Shown here: positions 1 to 12,050 of the stretch, one piece after another
Layout: every line of letters starts with the position of its first letter
Position numbering within the stretch: position 1 is the first letter of the stretch
Translations under genes and position numbers: made by a program
DNA from: Lama glama
Lineage: Eukaryota
Reading direction: 5' to 3'
NCBI GenBank assembly: GCA_028534125.1
Contig: CM052839.1
Span: forward strand, 1,798,001 to 1,862,000
DNA length: 64,000 nucleotides
The notes under the pieces: generated by a model
Database searches by the model: none
Seen by the model: the letters and a program-made list of their open reading frames with translations, nothing else
Told to the model about the DNA's origin: nothing

Positions 1-1099
1 TGTTTTCCATCTCTACCTGAATTGCTCGGGACTATTTCCACAACAATCCCTCTCTCCATCAACAGACACCACCAGCTCAGCCAGGACACTCAACCCAGAC
101 GCCTGGCAGATCAAACCTCAGTGGACAGAGAGGAGACTGCTCCCCAACACCCCACCTGGGGACCACAGCCTTGGGAAGCCCCTCTGTGCTCACAGGAAAG
201 TGTTTGTACCTGGGACCAAGTGCAATGGCCCAAATTGGGAGAAAGGGATACTGGCAGCTCAGGGCAAGGCAGGGAAGCTGCACTGGCTCCAAGGATGAGC
301 TCATGCTGGCCCAGGTCCAACTCCTTGGGAAAGAAGGGCCAGCTGCCCTTCCCAGGACCTCCCCTCCAGGCAGTTAGGCTGAAGCCCACATGGTCTGGGG
401 CTGAGCCCTGAAATCTGGACAGAAACGGGAGATGTCTCTGGGTGCCTGGGACAGGGGGTCAGTCAATGACACCACACAGTTTAGCATCTGAGCATACCCA
501 GGGAGTCCAGGCCAAGGAAGCAAGGTTAGGGAGGGGTGCTCAGGGTGAGCAGAGGAGGGTCCAGGGAACAGAAGTCCCAACTCCTGCCCCCTTCCCCTAC
601 ACTAACACACAGTTTGTACCCACCCACTGATCCATGAATTCCATTTCTATGGAATTCATATAACATACATAATGGAACACTATACAACGGTAAACAGAGA
701 AAATGAGGCATCTCTGTATGTCTCTGTGCCTAAGACCTATTGCTAAGGAGAACAGTACAAGACACAGGACAGTAAGTACAATCTCCATACGACAGTGCAT
801 TATGGTGGGTTTATTCTGTGTATAGAGAGGGCGAGCGACAGGGCGCTGAAAAGATTCATAAGAAACTGACAATAGGTTTCCGCTGCGGAGAATTAGGTCA
901 CAAGAGACAGATCGGGAGAACTTTTCTCTGTAAATCCTCGTGTATCTTTTGAATTTTGATTCATGTTCATTAATTTAAAAATAAAATAAGCAAATAACCT
1001 ATAAAGGACATCCAAGTGACAGCGCTGCCAATGGTTTTTTAAATGTTCTTTTTGTGCATGTATATTATCTACAAGGGTCAGGAATTACTTTTTAATAAT

Positions 1100-1290
1100 A
1101 GTTGTAGCCTCTTACTATGTGCCACGCACTTTCGAAGCACTTGGCATGCATTATGTCATCAAAGCCCCACAGTAAAGCAATTATTATACCCAATTTACAG
1201 ATAAGGAAACTAAGACTCAGAGAGTTTAAATAACTTATGTAGGGTCACACAGTTGGTGACAGAGCCAAAATTTGAATCCAAACAATGTCC
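1100..1290 (-). mobile_element. MIR
   Basis: Core TTTACAGATAAGGAAACTAAGACTCAGAGAG...GGTCACACAG. Confidence 0.75.
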
Positions 1291-1303
1291 TCAGTGCCCT
1301 GCT

Positions 1304-1430
1304 CTTTATTTGGGGGGGGGGCAGGGAGGTAATTAGGTTTATTTATGTATTTTGATGGCGGTACCAGGGATTGAATCTAGGACTTCCGAGCATGTTAAGC
1401 ATGCACTTTACCGCTGAGCTATACCCTCCC
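1304..1430 (-). mobile_element. Camelid tRNA-derived SINE (Vic-1-like), inserted in a MIR
   Basis: Reverse complement of GGGAGGGTATAGCTCAG...GGTAAAGTGCATGCTTAACATGC...GATTCAATCCC with an AAACCTAATTACCTCCC tail. Confidence 0.85.
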
Positions 1431-4204
1431 TACTTCATGTTCTTAACCTCCTCCTTATACTGTTCTCTGATTAAAAAAAAAACAATAACAAACCAAACCA
1501 AACAAACAAAAATTGAATGACAATAGGAAAAAATCTTAAGAAAAAAGCAAACCACCAAGCCTCCTGGGCTTTAAAACTTTTGTAATCCCTGCAGTCCCGA
1601 CTCAATCCTTCTTACCCCGACTATTTCGGCAAGCCCTTCCCAGTCCTGCCTCGGTGGGAACCAGGCACCCTCCTCTGGCCGGGCTTCCTCCAGCCTCAGG
1701 GTCAGACACCCGCCCACCTCCTGGCGGGGTTCAGGGGGGCCATGGCCCAGTGGGCAAGGTGCTGGCCGATGCCCCAGCGCTTTCAGAGGTCAGAACACAG
1801 CGTGGAGGGCCCCCCAGGGCAGGGCAGGGTCGGGTCTAGGCAGGAAGCTCTTCCTGGAGGGGAAACCACAAGTTGGTTTTTACTGGTGCTGAGTCTGGGT
1901 AAGAGCACCGAGGTTAAGGGTGGGCTTGAGCTCCCGGCCAACCTCAGCTTCCATCCGGATCACCACTGCTTGGGTGAGTGGAATTCCTCTGAGTGTGTTT
2001 CCTCCTATGTAGACTGGGGACAGCCACACCTTCTCAGCTGGTTTCCTGGGGGGGTTACTCTCAGCCATCAGTAAGACAGTGTCTAGAGCCTGGTTATGAT
2101 CGTGAATCTGGCCCTGAGTGGGGAGAGTGTGCAGCCCAAAGGCTCTTCTCAGGGGCCTCTAGGACCTCAGGCAGGGGTGCTCTGGGGCCCCTGAGTGGAG
2201 CAGGGAGCCCCCTCCCTGCCCCCAGCTAAGCTTCAAGTGATTGGAGTATTTCATGGGGCCTCCCACTCGGGCTGGGGGCCTGCCCTCTAGGGAGGGGCCC
2301 CGCAGGCACCCAGGCCGGTGGCCTTCTCAGAAGTGCCGCCCCTGGCAGCCGAGGAATGCAGACCCAGGGCTGGGAGCAGAGACTTGGGGAGGGGCCCCAG
2401 CTTCAAAAGAGCAGGCGGCAGCTGTGGCTGGGAGGGCCACCAGCCCCCCTCGTGCCGCCAGGACACCATCAGAAATTCCACCCGGTCCAGACAGCAGATG
2501 GGATTGTTTAGAGCCACTTACAAGGGCTGCTACTCTTCCCAACCACAGGCTGGTCCCCCGCCCCTCGCCTCCGCCCCTGCTGGATCTGTGCAGCTGCCCA
2601 CCAAGCTTGCCTTCCACTGCTGGGGTGCCCAGAGGCCAGCTGACAGGCATCCCCTCCCAGCCCGAGGTCCTCCCTCACTCCCACTGCTCAACTCCACATA
2701 CCCTGGAGCCCACGCGTGCCCTTGGAGACGCCACAGTTAGGAAGAAAGCTCCTGTTCTCACTGCCAGATGGGGTGCGTTACCAGAGGTCACAGAACTCAG
2801 TGGCCACAGAGCTGCGATGTGAACCCAGATCGTGGACCCCTGGGCCAGCGCTCTCACCCTGTGCGGGTGCACACCCGTGTGCCCTGGGACTGTGCACTCC
2901 CACAGTGCCACAGCTGTCCCAGGCCCTCACAGACACGGGACACACTAACCTCCCTTGGATTTTCCTGAGCCCTCCCATCCAGCCCAGGCACTGAATCTAC
3001 TCCTCTCTTCACCCAACTCGGAAGCTGTGTTTTTAAAATTACAGCCACACTGTCCTACGTGCACACACCGACGTGCACTGACAGCACCCTCACCCTTCCC
3101 ATGGCCCACCCTCCAGGCCCCTCCCTTCACTAGGCTGACAGCAGGGCTAGATGAGGCCCTCATCCCTCTCTCTCTTCCCCAGAAGTGCCCCAAAATGGTC
3201 TTTACAGCGTCAGGTGCAGTGATGGTGAGGGGTGAGTTTGGGCTGACCTGATTTGCAGGCAAAACTGGCCAGAACCAAAACTGGGAAGTGGTACAGCCTG
3301 GCCAAGGCACGGGCTTCCTGGTTCCCCGCAGGACCAGCTCCTAGAAGGGAGTTCGGGGAAGGGCCTTGTGCCCTCAAATCTGTCAGGGGAAGGGGACAGG
3401 AGGTCCTAGGGGTCCTATAATCAGCCTCCTTTGCCTCCAGGGGGCTTCAGTCTCCATCCCTAGAAAATGGAGAGAAACACACCCTCTTCGGTGTTACTTT
3501 TCCCATCACTGAAACCTCCCAGGGGCGCAAGGACATGAGGGTGGGGGGCAGAGCAGGGCCAGAGAAAGGCACCACCGTGCTAGATGCAAACCATGATGAC
3601 GCCTCTGAAGAAGGAGGTGGCTGCATCCCAGTCCCCCAGGGCTGGAAGGACCTGTACCCTTTCTTTAGCTACAGAACCAGAATCCCATTCCTCGAATGAA
3701 ATCCTCAGCAGACGTCCATTCTATAAAGACATTAAGCAGAGGCCTGCCCTCCCCGCCCTCCCACAGCAATTATGTGTAATCAGAGAACCTGCCATTTACT
3801 GAGTGCTAGGCTAAGTGTTTCCCGTGCATCGTGTTAATCCTCACGATAATCTAGTACTGCGGATTATTACCTGCTACCACTATCAGAGCCATGTTATGGC
3901 TAGTGACATGGAGTTGTGCGTGACCTAGAGGTTGTCCAGGGCTGCGCCACATCCAAATTGCGTGCCTTACAGGAAAGAGACCAGGGTGCCTGTCAAGTCT
4001 TCTGACACACCAGTTACTTGCAACCTGTTTTAAAGCCTAGGTTTAACCCCTCATGCTCTCATCTCCAGAGCTGTCTGTATCTCTGCCTGTTCCTCCCCAA
4101 CTACCGACCTGCTCGCCCGGCTTTGGGAAGTGCGAGTGTGCTTTTCCGACAGTCTAAGGAAAAAAATTCTCTCTGCACTATAGCAGCGGTCTCAGAGAGA
4201 CTCC

Positions 4205-4335
4205 TCTGAGGGGTTTGCTAAGAACACATATTCACCCCACTATGGAATCAGAATCCTTGGGGCCGCAGCCTGGGAATCTGCCATGTTAACAAGCTCCCCA
4301 GATCATTCTAATGCCCAGTAATCTGTGAGGACCAC
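4205..4335. mobile_element. MER5-like element
   Basis: GAATCAGAATCCTTGGGG...GGAATCTGCCATGTTAACAAGCTCCCCAGATCATTCTAATG. Confidence 0.65.
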
Positions 4336-5043
4336 TACCTTACAGGGTGATGCAGTTTGGAGCCCTAGATTCTGGTTTTAGCTCCATCGACAACCAGCCA
4401 AGTGATCTTGGGCAAGTCATTGCGGCTCCTGGGCCTTTGGGTTCCCATCTGGAAAATGGGCAGGGAGGAATAAATGATCTCCAAGATCCCTTTCACTCTT
4501 AACATCCTGTGTCTGCCCTGAGTCTCCAGATAGTCGCCAGGTGTATGAAATGAGTTTCATGGACTGTTCAGTTCCTGTAGCAGCCAGTGTACACTGGGGA
4601 CACACACTGAAAAGAATTTCTGCCTGGCTGATTTGCAGAGATCTGCAGAAGTACCTTATCTCTGGCTCCAAGCCCTAAACAAATGGCTTTTGGATCATCC
4701 ATGCCACCTCCCTGCTCCCCTGAATATCCATTTTCTTCATTCCAGCCTGAGCCAACCAGGATTCTGTAAACAGTGGGCCTGCACACCTGGGTTTAATCAA
4801 CAGTCATCAAACAAAGGCACTGCCAAGTCACCGCACAAGCCCAGACTCGCAGCTGCTCTGTCCCTCCTGGGAAGCCAGGGATGTGCGGACCCTGCGCTCC
4901 CTTCTTCCGTCACGGAATGGGCATGTGGGCCGGGTCGGAGAGAGGGTGTAACTGGACCGGCCCCAGCCTACAAGTGGGTTGCAAGTCACCCAGACTTCAG
5001 GTGTGTGAGAAGAGATGGGGATGACCCAGGAATTGCTGGGACC

Positions 5044-5194
5044 TTTTTTTTTTTTAATGTTTTATTATAATTGTTTATTTGGGGGGGTAATTAGGTTTAC
5101 TTATTTATTTATTTTTAGAGGAGGTCCTGGGGATTGAACCCAGGACCTTGTGTATGCTAAGTATGTGCTCTACCACTTGAGCTATACCCTCCAC
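5044..5194 (-). mobile_element. Camelid tRNA-derived SINE (Vic-1-like)
   Basis: A/B boxes, poly-T tail and TSD-like ctgggaccttt/ctgggaacttt. Confidence 0.9.
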
Positions 5195-8100
5195 CCTGGG
5201 AACTTTCAAAAGCAGCTAGACATTCCTTAGTTCCACAGCTCCCTGATGACTGCCATTTAAACAAGAGGTATTCGGCTGGTGCTGAAGCGTCACTTGCTGG
5301 TGGCAAACATATGATAGCCTCGTCCTTCAAGGTCTATGAATCCTTGACAGAGGCGCCGTGGGGGTCAGCAGACCCACAGCCCACAGACCCAGCATGAATT
5401 TGGATTCGTGCCACCTTTGTGCGGGCAGACCTGTGTACCTGTGCAAAGGAACCAAAGAGGAAGGATGGGCAGGAAAGGAGAGGATGAAAACCCCACTTCC
5501 ACAGTGGGAAACATCTGCGAATCCTAGCCAAGGTCTGCTGATCCCAGTCATTTAAAAATCCCAAAATAGATCATTCTCTCACTCTGAACATGCTGACTGC
5601 CCCAAATGATGGTGCTCTACATGTGCACAGCACTTGACAGTTTCCAGTGCTGAGGGCGAGTTCCACAAGCCCGTTCTGTTCAGCCGGGCTCTAGGCTGGG
5701 CACAGGCCCCAGAGCAGGGATCACTTGGCACCATGCTAGGCCCTTCGCCTCCATGGCCTCCTTGCTACAACCCTACAAGGTAGGAGGTGTTATCTTGCAG
5801 GTGGGGAAACTGAGACAGGACTTGCATATCTTGCCTACAGTCTCTTAGCTCAGTGGCCAAGTCAGGATTCTGTGCCAAAGCCCACATGGTCACCCCAACT
5901 AACAATGGGAGCCTCTTACCTCTGCATGGGGCAGAGAAGGTAACTGAGGCTCCAGAAGGGTTAGGAACGTGGGGTCAGCTGGAGCAGGAGAGAAGCAGCC
6001 ACATGGAGTAGGCGGGGTGCAAGGAGATGGAAGAGACGAGGGTGCACACCAGCTCAGAACTGGGCTGGCTGGTGCCGCCATACGCCTCCCTCTGCCGCGG
6101 GGGTCCCAGGCCCGGCCAGGCTCCCACCCAGCAGGGCCTCCCTGTCCAGGGCTGAGCTCTTCAGGTTGGGTTTCCATCCCAACCACACCGGCAGCAGCTG
6201 AGTGAGTCAGGCCTGGCAGGAGGAAGTGGCCACACTTGAAAATCATTAACATGCAGGGCTGAGCTGGGGGCCTTTGTTCTTGAGCAAGGACTGTAGCATT
6301 TCACTTTCAGGAAGGAGCTGGGAGGGTGGGGCAGGCTCGGAATTGCGCAACCAAAAGCACAGGCTCAGACACACCCGAGTCCCACCTGGAAGTCAGCTTA
6401 GAGGGCCCCTGTGGAAAAGCAGCAGCGGACCCCGGGCCCCCACACGCGGCAGGTCCACACAGAGAGCACAGGCCAGGTCGTCCCTGCTTTCCAGCTCAGA
6501 GAGGCCTTCCAGCACGGGTAAATTGGGCCTTTGTGGTCAATCGCCCTCTAAGTCAGGGAAGCCAAGCAAAGGGAGGGGGCAGACAGGCAGCAGAGGGAGG
6601 GTGGGAACTCGGGCTTCCGACCTCAACCACAGTGGGAGCCCCAGGTCCAAAAGGGACAGCCCCCCCCACCCCTTTTGGCTGGTAGGGGCAGTCTCAGCTC
6701 AGGGAGACTGCCTTCCTGCAGGCCCCTCTCCAAAAAATAGCACCCTGCCTCCAACCATGCGGATGTCATGTGTCCCCCACCGCCCCCGCCCGTGTCTCCC
6801 AGATACGTGGGAAGTACCTCCAACAGCCCTCACAGGCACCCCCAGCAGTGAGGGTCCAGGTAAACTCGGGGGGCTGCAGGTCTTCCCTGAAGGAGTCACA
6901 TCTCAGCCACCAGCAATGGTGGGAGAGGCTGTCAAGTGATGAAGGCTGGGGAGGGTGGAAGGAAGGGAAGGGAGGAAAGTCAGTGGACAAGGAGAAATCT
7001 GTTTTTTTTAAAAATGTAACACAAACAAAAATGAAACAGCTCTGAGGGAGTCTCATAGCCCTTGGAACAGGAGCCTCCCTAGATCCCAGGGAAAGGATGC
7101 CCTGCTCCCGTCCCCACCTCGCAGGGGTCAGTCAGAGGTTAAGGTTTCACCCTGCTCCCCTCCTGCACCTCATTAGAGCTTAACCTCCAGGCCTTCAAGG
7201 AAACTGGTAGAAATGAGACCCTTGTCCTTTGTTAATTACAAAGTAAACAGCCTTCTGGTGGATCACCCTCCTCTGGGGGGGCCCTCTCACACTCTCAGAC
7301 AACCCCCTCTGCCCTTCGGCGTGGCAGCAGGAAGGGGAAAGGAATGGACGTGTTTAGGGAAGCCGCCTGATCCTGGGGTTGTGGGCCGCCTGGCAGGGAG
7401 AGGCCACCCACGAGGTCCAGCTCACCCCCCTCAAAGCCTCTCTGTTTGTAAAGGGCTTTCGGGGACAGGAAGCAATAAACAGAGTCAAGCAGCCAAGATG
7501 CAGGGGCTGATTATGCAGTGTATGGATTTTCCAGGCCTCTTTGTACTCTCCCACCAGCTGCCTGGGGCTCTGCAGAGAAAGGTGCTGGCAAACGGCAGGC
7601 TGGTCCTTGGCTTGAAAGGTGGCCTTTTGCCAGGCCTAAGCTGGGTCTTTCCAAGTGTGTGAAGGGACTGCATGCCTTGATGGCCCCCGGGCTTCTTCTC
7701 AGTGCCCCAGAGAGAAACTTCGCACATCCCTTGCTACGAGAGCCTGGACACACACGCACGCATGCGCACATGCACACACACTCCAGCTGCTGCTCACCTC
7801 TCTGCCCAGCCCCAAGTTCCTTCCTCACTTCCAAGGAAGCTGACTACGGGACTCCCAGAGGGGCAGGCGTGCTGCCAGGCTGCTGCCTGATCAGGCCAGG
7901 TGGGTGGCCCTCCTTCATGAAGTAGCTCACAGCCCAGCTAGTTTAGCTGCCCCAGGAGTGGAGAGCAACTTGGGAAAGGCCAAGATTGATGGGGAAAGTG
8001 GGTCTGGGCTGCGTGGCACTCCCAGTGCCAAGGTCATCTTGCATTCCCCACACGGGCTCTGATCTGGTGAGATCGCAGCCCACGTGTGCAAAGCTGTGAG

Positions 8101-8450
8101 TGTGGAAGTTTTGTGAGAATTGTCTCACAACACCCAGGAGCTGATACGTAACACAAGGTACATCCCTCAGCTGAGACCCTCAGGTGCAACGTGGAGTGAC
8201 ATGAAACAACGAAGTGGCAGGGCCAGATGCCCACTGCACTGTTTCTGCTGAAGTATCAGCATGTATACTTGTACGTTTGGAAATGCACAGGGAGGCGTCC
8301 AAGTGGATACACACCAGACACGAAGTAGCAGCTATCCAAGAGGTAGGGTTGCATAAGGGGTTTGCTGTTTACTTCCTGTACCTCTGCATCCTTTGAAGTG
8401 TTTACAACAAACATGCATTATTTCTGTAGTTAAAAATTAAGAATTTAAAG

Positions 8451-8545
8451 GAATATACGTATGCATGTGTATGACCGAAGCATTGTGCTGTGCACCAAAA
8501 TTTGACACGACATTGTAAACTGACTATACGTCAATTGAAAAAAAA
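8451..8545 (+). mobile_element. Short L1 3'-terminal fragment
   Basis: TGTGCTGTGCACCAAAATTTGACACGACATTGTAAACTGACTATAC followed by an A tract. Confidence 0.75.
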
Positions 8546-8619
8546 GAAGAAAGTAGATTCTAAGTTTTCATGACAAAGGAAAAAAACTTAGAATTTTTTA
8601 AAGGTACATTGCAACATAA

Positions 8620-9250
8620 AATGCGCAGCTGCTGTGGAAAAGTCTGGTGGTTCCCCAAAAAGTTAAACACGGAATTACCGTATGATCCAGTAATTCCACC
8701 CCCAGGTTTATTCCCAAAAGAACTGAAAGCAGAGATTCAGATATTCAAACACCGATGTTCATGGCCACATTATTCATAATAACCCAAAGAAAGAAACAGC
8801 CCAGGTGTCCCTCACCAGATGAATAGATAAACAAAGTGTAGTCTCNNNNNNNNNNNNNNNNNNNNNNNNNNNNNNNNNNNNNNNNNNNNNNNNNNNNNNN
8901 NNNNNNNNNNNNNNNNNNNNNNNNNNNNNNNNNNNNNNNNNNNNNNNNNNNNNNNNNNNNNNNNNNNNNNNNNNNNNNNNNNTTTTATGAGGTACCCAGA
9001 ACAGGCAGGTTCCTAGAGACAGAGATTAGAACGGAGGTTACCAGGGGCTGGGGGGACAGAGGAATGGAGAGTTATTGTTTAACAGGCACAGAGTTTCCTG
9101 TTCGGGATGACGGACAAGCTCTGGAAATGGACAGTGCTGATGACTGTACAACATTCTAAGTACACTTAATGCCACTGAATTGCCACTTAAAAATTACTAA
9201 AAGGTAAAGTTTATGTTATGTGTATTTTATCCCAATGAAAATAAATAAGT
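8620..9250 (+). mobile_element. Older L1 (L1MB-like) 3' region containing an N run
   Basis: GCTGTGGAAAAGTCTGGTGGTTCCCCAAAAAGTTAAACACGGAATTACCGTATGATCCAGTAATTCC...GTACACTTAATGCCACTGAATTG. Confidence 0.8.
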
Positions 9251-10441
9251 AAAGACATAAATCAGGCAGTGGGTCGTGGAAGAGACTGTGAATCACTGGG
9301 CAGAAGGGGGCACTACTTGGGTTATTCAGAGAGAGGGCAACCCGCACACAGGAAATCCTGCCTGCACAGAGGGGCTCTGTCCCCATCTGCACAGAGTGGA
9401 CCAGAGGACAATGACACCCCTGTTGATGACGACTGTTCACATGGTCTGCAGAGCCACACATGCCATGGGGCTGGGGGGGAGCAGGCTGTGCGGGGATACT
9501 TTCCGGGACATTTGGAATAGTTGGGTTGTGACACACTAGGAAACAGCTATCAGAAAAGGTTCGTACATCAGAAAATGCAGGGTACATCTGAGAACCTTGG
9601 GAAGAAGGGGTGGGGAGAGGGGAGACGCCCTGCCTACATTCCCCCTTGCAGCAGGGGAGGAAGAGGAGGCGAGAGAGGATGAGCAGAGGTCTGTGCTGGG
9701 GCAGGCAGAAACCACTCCTTCCATCCTTCATACATTCATTCAACAAACATCACAGAGCACCCCCAGGTGCCCGGCAGTGGGAAAGTGGGGTTGAGGGGAC
9801 CAACTCAGCTGGTAAATACCTTAACGCACCTTCAGCCCTGACACCCACTTTGCTCAAAAATATACCCGTATATAAAACAAAAAACCAAAAGCTGTCTGTC
9901 CTTCGTCCCCACCTTCTTGCAGAAGGCGAAAATCCCTCTTCCTTGAGCTGTTCAATCCAGAACAAGAAATAAGGGCAAAACTGCCAGGATGGGCTGGCCA
10001 CCCTGGTGGCTGGGCCTTATTCACACATGCGTGCCTGTCTGCCAATTACAGGCATCCACTGACACCAGATTCTTTCCTCCTACAGGCGGGGAGCAGACAG
10101 AGGAGCGCAGGCCCGCCCGGGTGGGGTGCCAGGTCGGGAGGCCTGTGACCGCTGACTTCAGACTTCTCAGGTGAACGGTCTCCTTACCTGCTTATCTCTA
10201 GGTGTGCAAGGACACAGAGAAGCATGTGTGGGGGCATGTTTGCAGCCAGTAGCAGCTCTGCCTCCCTTGAGATAAGAATATTTAAACAGTGGACTTTGTG
10301 ATAAAAGGACATCGTATCCGGGGCTTTCCTGACAGGTGTAATGTGTGCTTGGGTGCGCAAAGGACAGAGGGGATCAGGCAGTTTGGAAACGTGTCGGCTT
10401 GACCACGTACGGCCTTCCCAGAGACCCACTCCTTCCAGAAC

Positions 10442-10653
10442 CATACTGTCCAAGAGGGTAGCCACTAGTCACATGTGGCAATATAGATACAAATTTTACT
10501 TATTCAAAATTAAATAAAATTTAAAATCCAGTGCCTTACTCACATTACCACAGTTCAAGTGTTCAGCCACCATGTAGGCTGATGGCCATCACACTGAGCA
10601 GCACATACGTTAGAACATTTCTGATGTCGCAGGAAGTTCTCCCAGGCGGTGCT
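10442..10653. mobile_element. MER3/MER33-like hAT-Charlie MITE
   Basis: GTAGCCACTAGTCACATGTGGC...AGCCACCATGTAGGCT...TAGAACATTTC. Confidence 0.7.
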
Positions 10654-11886
10654 GTTCTAGCAGGTAAAGGGGAGCCCTCCTCCTTGGCAGGATAACACCC
10701 TGGTGTACTGCAATTAGAGGGCTTTGCTCGAATTGCCTGGGGGAGACCAAGGACTGTGAGCAATTGATCCCCGACAATTGATCCCACTTCCTTCTGGGAA
10801 GAGCAGGTAAGCGCAAAGACCCCCTTCGCCTGGGAAGACGGCTAGGGTGAGAGCCAGGCCTGCTTCCCACTCATGTCCTTGGCCTCATCCAAGATCAAAG
10901 CCTGGGCCAGTTCCTGTGATGAAACTTGACACCCCAGGCGGGGAGAAGCAGGAGTCCCTCCAGGGGCCCGAGTCTGCTCTCAGCACCTGCAGGGCCCTGG
11001 GCTCAAGGCTCAGACTCCGGAAAGGCCCTCTAATTTGCCTTGTCGGGTCAAAGGGGATGCTCAGCATTGGCAGGGCTCATCCACTGTCCCCTCCCCTGAG
11101 CGTAGCCCACGGTGGCCCTGGCACTGCCTCCTTGGGCTTCTCCAGAGCAATCAGAAGGAGTCAGGGGAAAAGGACGGCTGAGGTGGGGGTCCGTGTGTGG
11201 TGATGGGGGAGGGGGTACAGAGCTCATTAAAGAAAAAAAAACATAATTTCAAGGAACCCAATGAGTCAGGCTAAGAAAATGAGAAGGGTTCTGAAAACGC
11301 AAAGAAGCCTGGGTGTCTGTATTGCTGAACTAACCAGGGAGAGAGAAAGTGGTCAAGTCGCCCCCCAACCCCTGCAACACACTCCCCGCACACGATGATG
11401 GAAAATGGCTGAGACACCATCACTCCTGACTTAACCAACCTCCTTAAGCATTTCCCTGTTTGAGTCAAAGGGGCATCACCGTCTCCACCCAAGCCGTCTC
11501 CACTGGGCCCTGAAAGTCAACCAAAATGAGCTGTAAATCTGCGGCTTTTCTTGCAAGCTGCAGATTGTGGGCTAGGGGCTGGGAGGTGGGTGAGCAGACA
11601 ACCCACAAAGGGTGAGAACAACGGCACATGAAGCCGGAGGGAGAACCCATGAGCAGGGGGTTCAGGCCCTGGCTCTGCCACGCGGGTCCTCGAGCAAGTT
11701 CCTTTTTCCTTCTCACCTTTTTTAAAGAAAATAAAATAAAATAAAACAGATACAGGAAACTGCCCCAAATTTACAACACTGTAAATCAACTACAGTTGAA
11801 AAAAAACTGCACAAAATAAATGTGAGCTTAAGAAATTATCATAAGGCAAACACCTTGTAACCACTCGTGTCAAGAAACAAAACTCT

Positions 11887-12050
11887 GGTGGGAAGGGTAT
11901 AGCTCAGTAGTAGAGTGTGTGCTTAGCATGCACAAGGTCCTGGGTTCAATCCCCAGTACCTCCATTTAAAATGAAAAAAGACAAAGAAGCTAATTCCCCC
12001 CGCACCCAAAAAATAAAATAAATGAATATAGATACAATTAAACCAAAAAA
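11887..12050 (+). mobile_element. Camelid tRNA-derived SINE (Vic-1-like)
   Basis: GGGTATAGCTCAGTAGTAGAG...GGTTCAATCCCCAGTACCTCC; TSD-like aaacaaaactctg/aagcaagactctg. Confidence 0.9.

Noticed and set aside
634-659. Perfect 11-bp inverted repeat ATGAATTCCAT-ttct-ATGGAATTCAT
   Set aside because: Too short for a pre-miRNA, and it lies at the start of an old L1-like fragment with a naturally quasi-palindromic motif.
10761-10785. Direct repeat caattgatccc x2
   Set aside because: A single small tandem duplication, not an array; no functional indication.
11887-11965. tRNA-like sequences with A and B boxes (here and in the other SINE copies)
   Set aside because: They carry SINE tails and TSDs and are diverged; these are SINE heads, not tRNA genes.
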